Shown: in pieces, positions 9,575 to 19,090 of the stretch
How the letters are laid out: each line of letters opens with the position of its first letter
Position numbering within the stretch: position 1 is the first letter of the stretch
IMG/VR virus record: IMGVR_UViG_3300032246_002701
Location: 1,512 to 65,511 of that record
Direction: 5' to 3' (one strand)
DNA length: 64,000 nt
Source of the DNA: a virus
Taxonomy: Duplodnaviria > Caudoviricetes
Made by a program: the position numbers and the translations under genes
The notes under the pieces: generated by a model
Seen by the model: the letters and a program-made list of their open reading frames with translations, nothing else
Told to the model about the DNA's origin: nothing
Databases searched by the model: none

Positions 9575-11131
9575 ATGAAAACCACTGATTTTAGAAAAAC
9601 AGTCACCAGTTCTCTAGTTAAAGAGAATCTTAATAAAATGTTTGGCCTAAACGTCAATCTGGAAAATTATTCCAGGGAGCAATTGGAAGATTTTCGCAAC
9701 AAACTGCGTACCCGGTTGTTTCAACAAGAAGGGTCTGCAGGTATTAACGATCTGTTAACTAACGAAACATATCAAAAAGACAAAGCAATGTTAGAGTTGC
9801 TCAACACAAGGATTAAAGAAATGCTAGGCGAAGATATCAAAAAATTACGCGACAAAATGATCGAACTCAGCGAAGGCAAAAAAGGCGTTCGTGATGTTAA
9901 ACATACCAAGAAGGCCAAAGGAACTGATCGGACCGGCGATGGTAAGAGCAATTTTGACGATGTGCAAGTCGCTCGAATGACTGCTGGCGGTGTCCCAAAG
10001 AAAACAGCCATTGCAAAGGCTACATCTGATAAATTCACCGAGGCAGCTAAGGGCAAATGCTGCTGCAAAGACAAAGGCAAAGATAAATGCCCAGTACATG
10101 GCAAGATGGATGAAGCCATGATTGACAAAGTAGCACAAAGACAAGCAAAAAAAATTGCACAGCGTACAGCCAAACATGAACCAGGACACACCGGTGGTGT
10201 AAAAGGTAAATGGCCTGGATCTGATAAAAAGGCCGAAAACCCCGGTGGGAATGATGCTCCCAAGGGCGGCAAGGCTCCTACAGGTGATATCTTTGGCCGT
10301 ACTACAGGTGAGGTGCCAACAGGCAACAACGGCACACAGTATCGAGATGGACAAAAGACTAAAGAAGACGTAGAAGAGGCTGCTGAACGCAAAGCCAAAG
10401 TCAAACCTAGTGCAGGTATGACCGCTCAAGAAAAATCTGCTGCGGTTAAGCAGGCCAAATCCGGCAAAGACATGGGAAAACCTGGTAAAGGGTTTAAAAA
10501 GATTGAGAAAGCAGCAGGCGGCGGCAAAAAAGGAAAAAAAATTGCCGGTGCAGCATTCTGGAAAGGTCAAGCCAAAAAAGAAAGCGTTGAAATATTCAAA
10601 CGCAATGTTCGTATAGTCAATGAAAGTTTAGCATATCTAATTCAAGAAGACGAAGAAGGCAAAGCCAAAGCCATTACCGCTGCAGGTGATATCGTTAATG
10701 ATTATACCTCATGGATGCAGCGTGTGGGACAGTATCAAACCAAGAGCATGATCGAACTAGCTGATTCAATTCGTGCAGATTTTGGTGTTACTGAAGCAGA
10801 AACATTTAAGCAATCAGTTGGGCCAGCACTAGCCGCTACATTAGAAACACTGACTGCACAGCGTGAAGCAATCAGCAATGCTGTTGCGGTACTAGCAGGC
10901 GAACAGATGCCAGCAGGCGAGCCTATGGGTGCTGAGCCACCTGCAGCCCCAGCAGAACCAGGTATGGATATGGCTGCACCAGACGAAATGAATCCTGCTC
11001 CTGCAGGAGATGAGTTTGCTGCTAGCGATGCTGCTGCCGGTGCAGGTACACCGGGACGTGAAATGCGTGAAAGCCGCTTTGCTCGTAAACTAGCAGAATC
11101 ACACAGCATTATGAGTAAATTGGCTCGATGA
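9575..11131 (+). CDS. Prohead core/scaffold-like protein
   Basis: Coiled-coil N-terminus, K/G-rich disordered middle, acidic P/A-rich C-terminus, repeated xxE sites (LSE, FTE, VEE, MRE); TAAATA upstream. Confidence 0.5.
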   Translation: MKTTDFRKTVTSSLVKENLNKMFGLNVNLENYSREQLEDFRNKLRTRLFQQEGSAGINDLLTNETYQKDKAMLELLNTRIKEMLGEDIKKLRDKMIELSEGKKGVRDVKHTKKAKGTDRTGDGKSNFDDVQVARMTAGGVPKKTAIAKATSDKFTEAAKGKCCCKDKGKDKCPVHGKMDEAMIDKVAQRQAKKIAQRTAKHEPGHTGGVKGKWPGSDKKAENPGGNDAPKGGKAPTGDIFGRTTGEVPTGNNGTQYRDGQKTKEDVEEAAERKAKVKPSAGMTAQEKSAAVKQAKSGKDMGKPGKGFKKIEKAAGGGKKGKKIAGAAFWKGQAKKESVEIFKRNVRIVNESLAYLIQEDEEGKAKAITAAGDIVNDYTSWMQRVGQYQTKSMIELADSIRADFGVTEAETFKQSVGPALAATLETLTAQREAISNAVAVLAGEQMPAGEPMGAEPPAAPAEPGMDMAAPDEMNPAPAGDEFAASDAAAGAGTPGREMRESRFARKLAESHSIMSKLAR

Positions 11132-11469
11132 GATTGTTTGAAGTTGATGATTCTGCCAGAGAGGTTCTGGCAGTTTTTCAAGGACAGGCTAACAGAGCAG
11201 GGAAAAGTTCAACATTGCCTTTTGCCACTGTGATGAATTTGTTGAAATCTTTTGATCTAGGTATTAGTACACCTAACGGACTAATTGCACTTAAAAATGC
11301 AATAGATCCTGCTGGAGATGTAATCGATGAGATACAAGACGATGGCACTGTAATATTAAAAACCAAAGCAGATAATCCCAATAAAGATCAAGCAGCAAAA
11401 CAACCCGCAGGTCCTAGTGTAGAAAAGATGGCCTCTAGCAACGCTAAAACTTTATCTCCAAAAATTTGA
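11128..11469 (+). CDS. Hypothetical protein
   Basis: 113 aa, MRLFEVD N-terminus, ATGA overlap with the previous gene. Confidence 0.55.
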   Translation: MRLFEVDDSAREVLAVFQGQANRAGKSSTLPFATVMNLLKSFDLGISTPNGLIALKNAIDPAGDVIDEIQDDGTVILKTKADNPNKDQAAKQPAGPSVEKMASSNAKTLSPKI

Positions 11470-11500
11470 TTTAATAATTATAAATGCTATAATTAATAGC

Positions 11501-12229
11501 ATGAATAATAACTATAATCCACCTCCTTTTGTTGAGAGATTCCAATATAAGAATTGTGAGCAGATCAACGATCCCGTAACACGTAAACGAGTTTATCAGA
11601 CCCCTGACGGAGAAACATTACCCAGTGTAACTACTATTCTTAGTTCTACTAAGGATATGACTCACTTGAATGAGTGGCGTAAACGTATAGGTGAAGATAA
11701 AGCAAATCAAATCACTAAAGAAGCGGCCGGGGTCGGGACAGGACTTCATGCTAACTTAGAGCGTTTTCTAATTGGTGAACAACGACAGCCCGGAAACAAT
11801 CCTGTTCACATCAAAGCAAATGCAATGGCCGACGTTATTATCAAAAATGGATTAAAAGATGTTGAAGAAGTGTGGGCAATGGAACAGAGTCTGTACTATA
11901 AAGGACTATACAGCGGAACTACAGATTTGATATGCGTCTACAAAGGTAATCCGTGCATAGCAGATTATAAACAAACTAATCGTCCAAAAAAAGCAGAATG
12001 GGTTGAAGATTATTATCTACAACTTATGGCGTATATTATGGCACATAATAATACATATGGAACTGATATGCGTGAAGGGCACATCTTTATGGTCAGTAGA
12101 GGTGATGATCCCATGAAGCCCGGTGGGGAAATATACCAGCAATTTGATCTGTTACCGCAAGACTTTGACAAGTACCAAGATCAATGGTTGACTAGAGTGG
12201 AGCAATATTATAAGAGCCTGAACGGATAA
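11501..12229 (+). CDS. PD-(D/E)XK / Cas4-like exonuclease
   Basis: LPSVTTIL, GTGLH, YSGTTDL, IADYKQT, YYLQLMAY motifs; TGCTATAAT ends 7 nt upstream (possibly leaderless). Confidence 0.85.
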   Translation: MNNNYNPPPFVERFQYKNCEQINDPVTRKRVYQTPDGETLPSVTTILSSTKDMTHLNEWRKRIGEDKANQITKEAAGVGTGLHANLERFLIGEQRQPGNNPVHIKANAMADVIIKNGLKDVEEVWAMEQSLYYKGLYSGTTDLICVYKGNPCIADYKQTNRPKKAEWVEDYYLQLMAYIMAHNNTYGTDMREGHIFMVSRGDDPMKPGGEIYQQFDLLPQDFDKYQDQWLTRVEQYYKSLNG

Positions 12230-12255
12230 ATATCCCATATAAGGGGATATTTGGT

Positions 12256-13911
12256 ATGGCAATTATAGAAGTCGCCAGAATACAGGTACGTCGTGGGCAA
12301 GAAAAACAAACTGGAGTTCCAACGCTAGCAGGCGGCGAATTTGCTTGGGCTGCTGACACTGAAAAACTATACATCGGTCTGCGTAGAGAAGATGGCGGCA
12401 GCCGTGATGCTAACGTAGAAGTTCTTACAGAACAGCATCTTAGAAATCTATTTGAATTCACAGTTAACACAGTTACTTCTTATGTGTACAGATACGGCAG
12501 TGATATTACAGCCGAAGTTAGTACAGAATACGAAAGAAATTTACTAGACAAATTAGACGACCAAGTCAGTGTTAAAGATTTTGGCATTGAGGGCAACGGA
12601 GTTGACGATGTCACTGCTCTATTAAGAATGACTGTGGATAGGTTGTTTTTGACCACTAGCACCTATCAACCCTATCCTGGAGTTTCGGCGGCTAAAGTAT
12701 TGTATTTCCCTACAGGTGTATACAATATTTCTGACACTATTTTTATACCAAAAAACACCATTATTAAAGGTGAAGGAATTGGTAATACTATTATTAATCT
12801 AACCACTACAGGTACACACGTATTTGAAACTGTAGATTCTAGTAGTATAGGCAGCAGTCTAGGCGGAGATAGTGGGTATGTTCGTTTCCCCTCTATTAAT
12901 AGCGGAGATACACAACCGGATAATATAGTTATAGAAGGAATGACTCTGCAGCACAGCACTTCGAGTACTGTAACAGGTGCACTGAGTCTAATTAAAATAG
13001 CAGCAAGTAGCAATTCTATAATTCGTCGAATTCAGTTTAAAGGAACTCGAGTTGCCGGGGATGCTGTTGACACTGATTATACTGGAATCGAATTATTAGG
13101 CTATGAAGCACTTACTAGTGAAAATGTAAAAATTGAAGACTGCGAATTCTCTGGGTTAACCCACGGAGTAAAATCTAATTATGATATTTTAAATCCAATT
13201 ATTAATGGATCTGTGTTCAAAGATTTATATCGTGGGGTAACTTTTAACGATCCTATAGATGGACTGGCCACAATCGGGCCTAGATTTGCCCGTATTATGA
13301 ACAGTCGATTTGAAAATATCGAAGCAGAAGCAATCTATGTTGGAGAAAATTCTACCAACACGTCGACTAATCATGTTAGTATGCATAATCAGTTTGTTAA
13401 TGTGGGTAATTATAACAGTGCCTGGGGAGAACAAAGCACCACAGGTACCGCGGTAATTACTTTCGAAACTAACAATAACAGCAGTGTTAACGATTACTTT
13501 GATAGAGCAGAATTTCAATTACGAAACGCCGGTAGTAGTTATACATTTAATCCTTTAATTTCAGGAAGTTCAGCCATTGACAGTTCCTATGGTGCAGTAG
13601 TTACTGTTGCACCTACCAGTTCTGCATGTATTTTACGAATTCCTATAACAGAAAGCATACAATGTTTGACAATCAAATATACACTAACAGACGATGCATC
13701 TATAAATCGAACAGGTATATTAAGAGTTAACATAGGTTCTGGGGCAAATCCTGCAGTGAGTATCACAGATGATTATGATTATACCACAAGTGATGGAAAT
13801 GTAGATTGGATCTCAACAGTAGATTCGACATACAAGTGGGTAGAAATAATCTCGAACAATGCCGGTGGAACTACCGTTACTTTAGAATATCAATCCAACC
13901 TATTGCTCTGA
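12256..13911 (+). CDS. Tail-associated protein with Mtd-like N-terminus and pectate-lyase-like beta-helix
   Basis: RIQVRRG..LAGGEFAWAADTEKLYIG; VSVKDFG..GNGVDD; LYFPTGVY; IKGEG. Confidence 0.75.
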   Translation: MAIIEVARIQVRRGQEKQTGVPTLAGGEFAWAADTEKLYIGLRREDGGSRDANVEVLTEQHLRNLFEFTVNTVTSYVYRYGSDITAEVSTEYERNLLDKLDDQVSVKDFGIEGNGVDDVTALLRMTVDRLFLTTSTYQPYPGVSAAKVLYFPTGVYNISDTIFIPKNTIIKGEGIGNTIINLTTTGTHVFETVDSSSIGSSLGGDSGYVRFPSINSGDTQPDNIVIEGMTLQHSTSSTVTGALSLIKIAASSNSIIRRIQFKGTRVAGDAVDTDYTGIELLGYEALTSENVKIEDCEFSGLTHGVKSNYDILNPIINGSVFKDLYRGVTFNDPIDGLATIGPRFARIMNSRFENIEAEAIYVGENSTNTSTNHVSMHNQFVNVGNYNSAWGEQSTTGTAVITFETNNNSSVNDYFDRAEFQLRNAGSSYTFNPLISGSSAIDSSYGAVVTVAPTSSACILRIPITESIQCLTIKYTLTDDASINRTGILRVNIGSGANPAVSITDDYDYTTSDGNVDWISTVDSTYKWVEIISNNAGGTTVTLEYQSNLLL

Positions 13912-13916
13912 TACTA

Positions 13917-14351
13917 ATGTTTACTTTGCCCGTCGAACAACGACTATCTTCGTGGATCGCGCATAGACAGCATCTCGATCAATCCCCAACTCCCTTACAG
14001 GACGTCTGGGATTTTTGGCATACTGCGCCTTTTATACCTCACAATAGAAATGTAGATCCCTACCATCAGCGATCGTGGCCTACACCTTGGGAAATTATAG
14101 AACACAATAAGTATGACGATTTTACTAAAGCACTAATGATCGGGTGGACTTTGAAATTAACCACACACTTTCATGATTCCAAAATTGAGATAAAAACATT
14201 AGTAGACTCTAGTCAATCTAGACAGTATAATTTAATATTTGTTGATGATCGATGGGTTATAAACTATAATGATAATGGTCCTGTACAGTCTTGTGATTTG
14301 TTACCCACACTAAGACTTGAAAACCTAATTGAATTAGAACCCCCAAGGTAA
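13917..14351 (+). CDS. Hypothetical phage protein
   Basis: Likely start MFTLP at 13917; WPTPWEII motif. Confidence 0.6.
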   Translation: MFTLPVEQRLSSWIAHRQHLDQSPTPLQDVWDFWHTAPFIPHNRNVDPYHQRSWPTPWEIIEHNKYDDFTKALMIGWTLKLTTHFHDSKIEIKTLVDSSQSRQYNLIFVDDRWVINYNDNGPVQSCDLLPTLRLENLIELEPPR

Positions 14352-14384
14352 ATATCATCCTATAACGTTAAAAAGGCCGTACAT

Positions 14385-15899
14385 ATGATCACAGTGATCA
14401 AGAGAAACGGGGATCGTGTTCCCTTAGACATCAATAAAATTCAACGCCAAGTTGCTCATTCTTGTAAGGGTATCGACAGTGTTAGTCCTAGCATGATTGA
14501 GATCAAGGCTCAGATTGAGTTGCATGACGGCATGAGCACAAAAACCATTGACGAGTTATTACTCAAAGCCATGGTTGATTTAGTTGATGAATCGGAAAAT
14601 TCTGAGATCAATAATGTAAATTATCAATATGTAGCAGGTCGTCAAAAGGTCAGTATGCTACGCAAAGAAGTATATGGCAGTTATACTCCTCCTGCTATCT
14701 ATGACATTGTAAAGAAAAATGTAGATTTAGGTATGTATACTCCTGAACTACTAGAATGGTATACTCAAGATGAGTGGAATATTATTAATCTGTTTATTGA
14801 TCACGACAAAGACGAAAATTACACATACGCCGCTGTGGCCCAATTGGCAGAAAAATATCTAGTACAGAACCGTGCCACAGGGCAGATTTATGAAACCCCC
14901 CAAGTGCGTTATGCCGTAGCCGCAGCCACAGCATTTCACAATGAGCCCAAAGAAACAAGATTAAAACTAGTCAAAGAATACTACGAGTGTGCTAGCGATG
15001 GACACTTTACATTGGCCACACCTGTACTGGCCGGACTAGGAACTACTACCAAACAGTTTAGTTCTTGCGTTCTTATTTCTAGTGACGATACGTTGGACAG
15101 TATATTCGCAGCAGGCGAAATGATGGCCAAATACGCCTCAAAACGAGCCGGAATTGGCCTGGAAATTGGTCGAATTCGCCCCTTAGGAGCCCCGATTCGC
15201 AATGGAGAAATCAAACACACGGGTCTAGTACCTTTCTTGAAGAAATGGTTTGCAGATCTACGCAGTTGCAGTCAAGGCGGTATTAGGAATGCCAGTTGCA
15301 CAGTTACCTTTCCTGTATGGCATTATCAGTTTGAAGATCTTATTGTGCTTAAAAACAATCAAGGCACAGAGGAGACTCGTGTTCGGCAGATGGATTACAG
15401 TGTGGTAGTCAATGCTCTGTTTTGGCGTCGTTACAAAAACGGCGAAAACATTACACTGTTTGATCCGCATGATGTGCCTGATCTATACGAAGCATACTAT
15501 CGAAATACTGCAGAGTTTGAAAAACTATACCTGCAATACGAACAAGATAAGACAAAGAAAAAGAAAGTTGTATCAGCAAGTGAAATATTTAAAAATGGTA
15601 TTCTTAAAGAACGTACTGATACTGGGCGAATTTATCTAGTTAACATCGACAATGTGATCAATCAAGGACCATTTGACACCACAGTGGACCCGATATATCA
15701 ATCGAATTTGTGTGCCGAGATACTTTTACCAACTTACCCTTTTCAAAGTTTAACTGATGAAGGAGAATTTAAACTAACCCTTGACAATGGGGAAGAAATT
15801 ACCTTGTTAGGAGAACATATGGTTTTATTAAAAGACGGTACTCGTAAAAAAGTTCGTGAATTAACAGAGGATGACGATATTGATAATTTATTAATATAA
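14385..15899 (+). CDS. nrdA: Class Ia ribonucleotide reductase alpha subunit, N-terminal fragment with intein-like tail
   Basis: ATP cone (VIKRNG), ETPQ, TLATP, QFSSCVL, SQGGIR, QSNLCAEI; last 45 aa are non-RNR and Hint-like. Confidence 0.92.
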   Translation: MITVIKRNGDRVPLDINKIQRQVAHSCKGIDSVSPSMIEIKAQIELHDGMSTKTIDELLLKAMVDLVDESENSEINNVNYQYVAGRQKVSMLRKEVYGSYTPPAIYDIVKKNVDLGMYTPELLEWYTQDEWNIINLFIDHDKDENYTYAAVAQLAEKYLVQNRATGQIYETPQVRYAVAAATAFHNEPKETRLKLVKEYYECASDGHFTLATPVLAGLGTTTKQFSSCVLISSDDTLDSIFAAGEMMAKYASKRAGIGLEIGRIRPLGAPIRNGEIKHTGLVPFLKKWFADLRSCSQGGIRNASCTVTFPVWHYQFEDLIVLKNNQGTEETRVRQMDYSVVVNALFWRRYKNGENITLFDPHDVPDLYEAYYRNTAEFEKLYLQYEQDKTKKKKVVSASEIFKNGILKERTDTGRIYLVNIDNVINQGPFDTTVDPIYQSNLCAEILLPTYPFQSLTDEGEFKLTLDNGEEITLLGEHMVLLKDGTRKKVRELTEDDDIDNLLI

Positions 15900-15910
15900 T
15901 TGGTGGGCAA

Positions 15911-15947
15911 TAGTATTTCTAACTAAATACATTAAGGAGAAATACTA
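15911..15947 (+). promoter_or_regulatory. Late promoter plus RBS-sequestering hairpin of the endonuclease gene
   Basis: TAGTATTTCT/AGAAATACTA inverted repeat encloses TAAATA (15924-15929) and overlaps AAGGAG (15934-15939). Confidence 0.7.
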
Positions 15948-15948
15948 A

Positions 15949-16710
15949 ATGAAAAATTATAAAATTTATTGCCATACTATTAATAATAAAAAATACATAG
16001 GTTATACAGAAAAAGATATTGAAGAAAGATTAAATGAACATATTAAGGATAGTAAGAAAGGATCCGAAACTCATTTTCACAGAGCCATTAGAAAATACGG
16101 AAGCGATTGTATAATAACTGAAAAAATAGATGAATCGTTAACAGAAGAAGAAGCCAAATTAAAAGAAATTTATTATATAAATTATTTTGACGCTTATAAA
16201 AATGGATATAATATGACGCCCGGAGGTTCAGGAGGAAATACAAAATCCAAATATTCAAAATCTCAAATGGAAAACTGGAGTTCGAATAGAAAAAGATTAA
16301 GTTCCGGAATGAATAATGGAAACGCAAAACCAAATATTAAAAAAGAGGACATTATTACAGAATTATATAATTTTGTTAGAGATGAAAATAGAATAGGAAG
16401 CAATATACTTAGAAAAGAAATTGATCAATTATTAAAAGAAAAATTGAACATAAGTAGTACAATGTTAAAAAATCGAGGAATTAAAAACCATTCAGAACTA
16501 ATTCGATTAGTTAATGAAAAATTAGGAACTGAAGATAGCATTGAATATGATCCATATTATCGAAGCCCTTCACAAAGACTATATGCTTCGAGATCATCAT
16601 CGACGTGGGCGTGGGTTACTGATGGTTTACAAAATAAAAGAATCAAAGAAGAAGACATAATAATTTTTTTACAAAAAAACAAAGGTTATAAGCAGGGAAG
16701 AAAACTATGA
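15949..16710 (+). CDS. Free-standing GIY-YIG homing endonuclease splitting nrdA
   Basis: KIYC..INNKKYIGYT, RLNEH, AIRKYG, E..YI, GYNMTPGG; C-terminal WVTDG..NKRIK module; very AT-rich. Confidence 0.9.
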   Translation: MKNYKIYCHTINNKKYIGYTEKDIEERLNEHIKDSKKGSETHFHRAIRKYGSDCIITEKIDESLTEEEAKLKEIYYINYFDAYKNGYNMTPGGSGGNTKSKYSKSQMENWSSNRKRLSSGMNNGNAKPNIKKEDIITELYNFVRDENRIGSNILRKEIDQLLKEKLNISSTMLKNRGIKNHSELIRLVNEKLGTEDSIEYDPYYRSPSQRLYASRSSSTWAWVTDGLQNKRIKEEDIIIFLQKNKGYKQGRKL

Positions 16711-17693
16711 AAATAATTAAAAAAGAATGTACCAGAAGAGAAGGTCGTGTGGCCTTATGTACCTTAGGGTCGATCAATTGGGGTGCATTCCGTAACCCGC
16801 AGGATATGAGAAAAGCCTGTCGTGTATTAGTACGCAGTTTGAGCAATCTACTCAACTATCAAGATTTCTTATCAGTACAAAGTCGACTGGCCAATCAAGA
16901 TTTTGAACCACTAGGTGTAGGTATCACCAACTTAGCCTATTGGCACGCTCGACGTAACTTCAAGTACGGTGAAGAGAATAGTCTTGCTGAAGTCAAACGC
17001 TGGATGGAACATCAGGCCCACTACTTAATTGAATCCAGTGTTGAACTGGCTCAAGAACGTGGTGCCTGTGCTCGCAGTGAGCATACCTATTATGGTCGTG
17101 GAGTATTTCCTTGGGAGCGTAGAAATCCTAATGTTAACGAACTAACAGATTTCACACCTAGTCTAGATTGGGAGCCACTTCGTGAGCGTATGAAACAATA
17201 TGGAATTCGTAATGCTACACTAATGGCAGTGGCTCCTGTGGAGTCGAGCAGTGTGGTACTAAACAGCACCAACGGCATTGAAATGCCCATGGAGTTAATT
17301 TCGGTTAAGGAAAGCAAGGCAGGATCGTTTGTTCAAGTGGTCCCAGAATATCGTCGACTGAAAAATCGTTATCAACTGATGTGGGATCAAACTGATTGTG
17401 TGGGTTATTTGAAAACTGCTGCGGTTTTGGCCGCATACATTGATCAAAGCCTAAGCACCAACACTTTCTATTCGCCAAAACATTTTAAAGATGGCAAAGT
17501 TCCCGGAACCTTGATTGCTAAGAATTTAATGTTAGCCTATAGATGGGGAATTAAAACTATATATTATTCACTAATAGATAAAGTAGGTTCTAAAAATGTG
17601 TTAAACACACAGACTTCTAATCAGTCAGAGTTGCAACCAGTTACAGTATATGCTGAGTCAGATGATGAGGATTGTTTGGCCTGTAAGTTATAA
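16707..17693 (+). CDS. nrdA: Class Ia ribonucleotide reductase alpha subunit, C-terminal fragment
   Basis: EGRVALCTLGSIN, LGVG, GIRNATLMAVAP, NSTNGIE, IDQSLS, GIKTIYY, terminal CLACKL. Confidence 0.92.
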   Translation: MKIIKKECTRREGRVALCTLGSINWGAFRNPQDMRKACRVLVRSLSNLLNYQDFLSVQSRLANQDFEPLGVGITNLAYWHARRNFKYGEENSLAEVKRWMEHQAHYLIESSVELAQERGACARSEHTYYGRGVFPWERRNPNVNELTDFTPSLDWEPLRERMKQYGIRNATLMAVAPVESSSVVLNSTNGIEMPMELISVKESKAGSFVQVVPEYRRLKNRYQLMWDQTDCVGYLKTAAVLAAYIDQSLSTNTFYSPKHFKDGKVPGTLIAKNLMLAYRWGIKTIYYSLIDKVGSKNVLNTQTSNQSELQPVTVYAESDDEDCLACKL

Positions 17694-17709
17694 AGGATAA
17701 AAATTTTAA

Positions 17710-18345
17710 ATGTTAGAAACTATATCTGAATTATTTCAGGAGGCTTATCGCCGCAATTGGATTACTGCTCGTGATGGTAATGCCAGTATACGATGGAAGG
17801 ACCGTGATCATTTTTTTATCACACCTTCGGGTGTGCGTAAGAAAACCTTACAACCTGATCAGTTCAAGAAGATTGGTATCATGTACCAACCTGTGGAGCG
17901 TTGGAACTGGACAGAGTTAGATTATACTGATATTAGCAAGAATCTACGACCCAGTGGAGAGATTCCTTTACATTTTGGATTACAAAAGCGCATGGGTCAA
18001 CATAGCGGTGATGTGCGTGTGGTAGTACATGTGCATCCAACCTACTGTATTGCGGCCATGCATGCCGGTATTGACCTAAGTAAGATCAGCGATGCGTTCC
18101 CAGAACTAAATCGTTATACTCGGGTAGCACCCAACGTGGGCGACGTAGCTCCCATCAGTCAAGAGCTTGCTGACGAGTGTCATAAGAATTTAAAGTTAGA
18201 TCGAGATGGTAATATTGCTTATGACATTGTAGGTATTAAAGGACATGGAGTAGTTGCTATTGATACAAGTCCATGGCGGGCGTTTGAACATATCGAGAGG
18301 TGCGAACATATAGCCAAGATCATTTTAGCCAGCGGGAAATACTAA
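17710..18345 (+). CDS. Class II aldolase/adducin family protein
   Basis: DGNAS, ITPSG, PSGEIPLH, VHVHPTY, GHGVV. Confidence 0.85.
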   Translation: MLETISELFQEAYRRNWITARDGNASIRWKDRDHFFITPSGVRKKTLQPDQFKKIGIMYQPVERWNWTELDYTDISKNLRPSGEIPLHFGLQKRMGQHSGDVRVVVHVHPTYCIAAMHAGIDLSKISDAFPELNRYTRVAPNVGDVAPISQELADECHKNLKLDRDGNIAYDIVGIKGHGVVAIDTSPWRAFEHIERCEHIAKIILASGKY

Positions 18346-18397
18346 TTTTACATTTATGCTTTAAAGGATAAATACTTTATCGCAATGAAGGCATAAT

Positions 18398-19090
18398 ATG
18401 AGAAACAGAGAATATATAAAAATTTATAAACAACATTATGGAGAGATACCTAGAGACTCACAAGGAAGATCCTACGACATACATCATATTGACGGGAATT
18501 ACACCAACAACGATATATCCAATCTAGTAGCATTGAGCATAGAAGAACATTTTAATTTACACAAAAAACAAGAGGATTGGGGTGCAGCTTGGTCTGTTGC
18601 AAAAAGATTGAAAGTTAGCCAGCAGGAAAAAAGTGAAATTTCTAGAAATTCAAATTTAGCTCGTGCCAAAGCTGGAACTCACTGGAGTCAAGTAACTAGC
18701 AAGAACGGAACTCACCCATTTCAAAATTTAGAATTTCAAAGAAAAATGATGGATAAATGTTTATCTAATGGAACACACTCTGCTCATCAGACTTGGACCT
18801 GTGAAAAATGTAATAAAACCGGTAAACATATGGTCAATTACAGTAGATATCATGGTGATAATTGTGGAGTAGTTAGTGTGTCGCAAGGTAGAGTTTGGGT
18901 GAATAACGGATTAGTCAGTAAGATGATTAACAAGAATGAGTTGGAACAGTTAAAAACAGAGGGTTGGGTAGCAGGGAGAGGATCAGCAGAATTGACACCC
19001 AGACGTGCAAATGCTAATGGAGCCACAGGCCGGGCTGATCCGTATGTTAGAAAAACAAACAGACCGTATAACAGAAAAGAGAAAAAATAA
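18398..19090 (+). CDS. Free-standing HNH homing endonuclease
   Basis: DIHHIDGNYTNNDISNL..L...EH; CxxC and WVNNG modules; upstream hairpin 18354-18396 encloses TAAATA. Confidence 0.85.
   Translation: MRNREYIKIYKQHYGEIPRDSQGRSYDIHHIDGNYTNNDISNLVALSIEEHFNLHKKQEDWGAAWSVAKRLKVSQQEKSEISRNSNLARAKAGTHWSQVTSKNGTHPFQNLEFQRKMMDKCLSNGTHSAHQTWTCEKCNKTGKHMVNYSRYHGDNCGVVSVSQGRVWVNNGLVSKMINKNELEQLKTEGWVAGRGSAELTPRRANANGATGRADPYVRKTNRPYNRKEKK

Noticed and set aside
9772-11181. Long antisense ORFs opposite the scaffold-like gene
   Set aside because: Shadow frames of a low-complexity coding strand; the same applies to most other nested antisense ORFs in the track
15762-16739. Group I intron or canonical split intein in nrdA
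   Set aside because: Only about 50 nt of non-coding sequence, too little for a ribozyme core, and no U|...G| junction restoring the frame was found; intein Cys1/block A and the terminal His-Asn are absent
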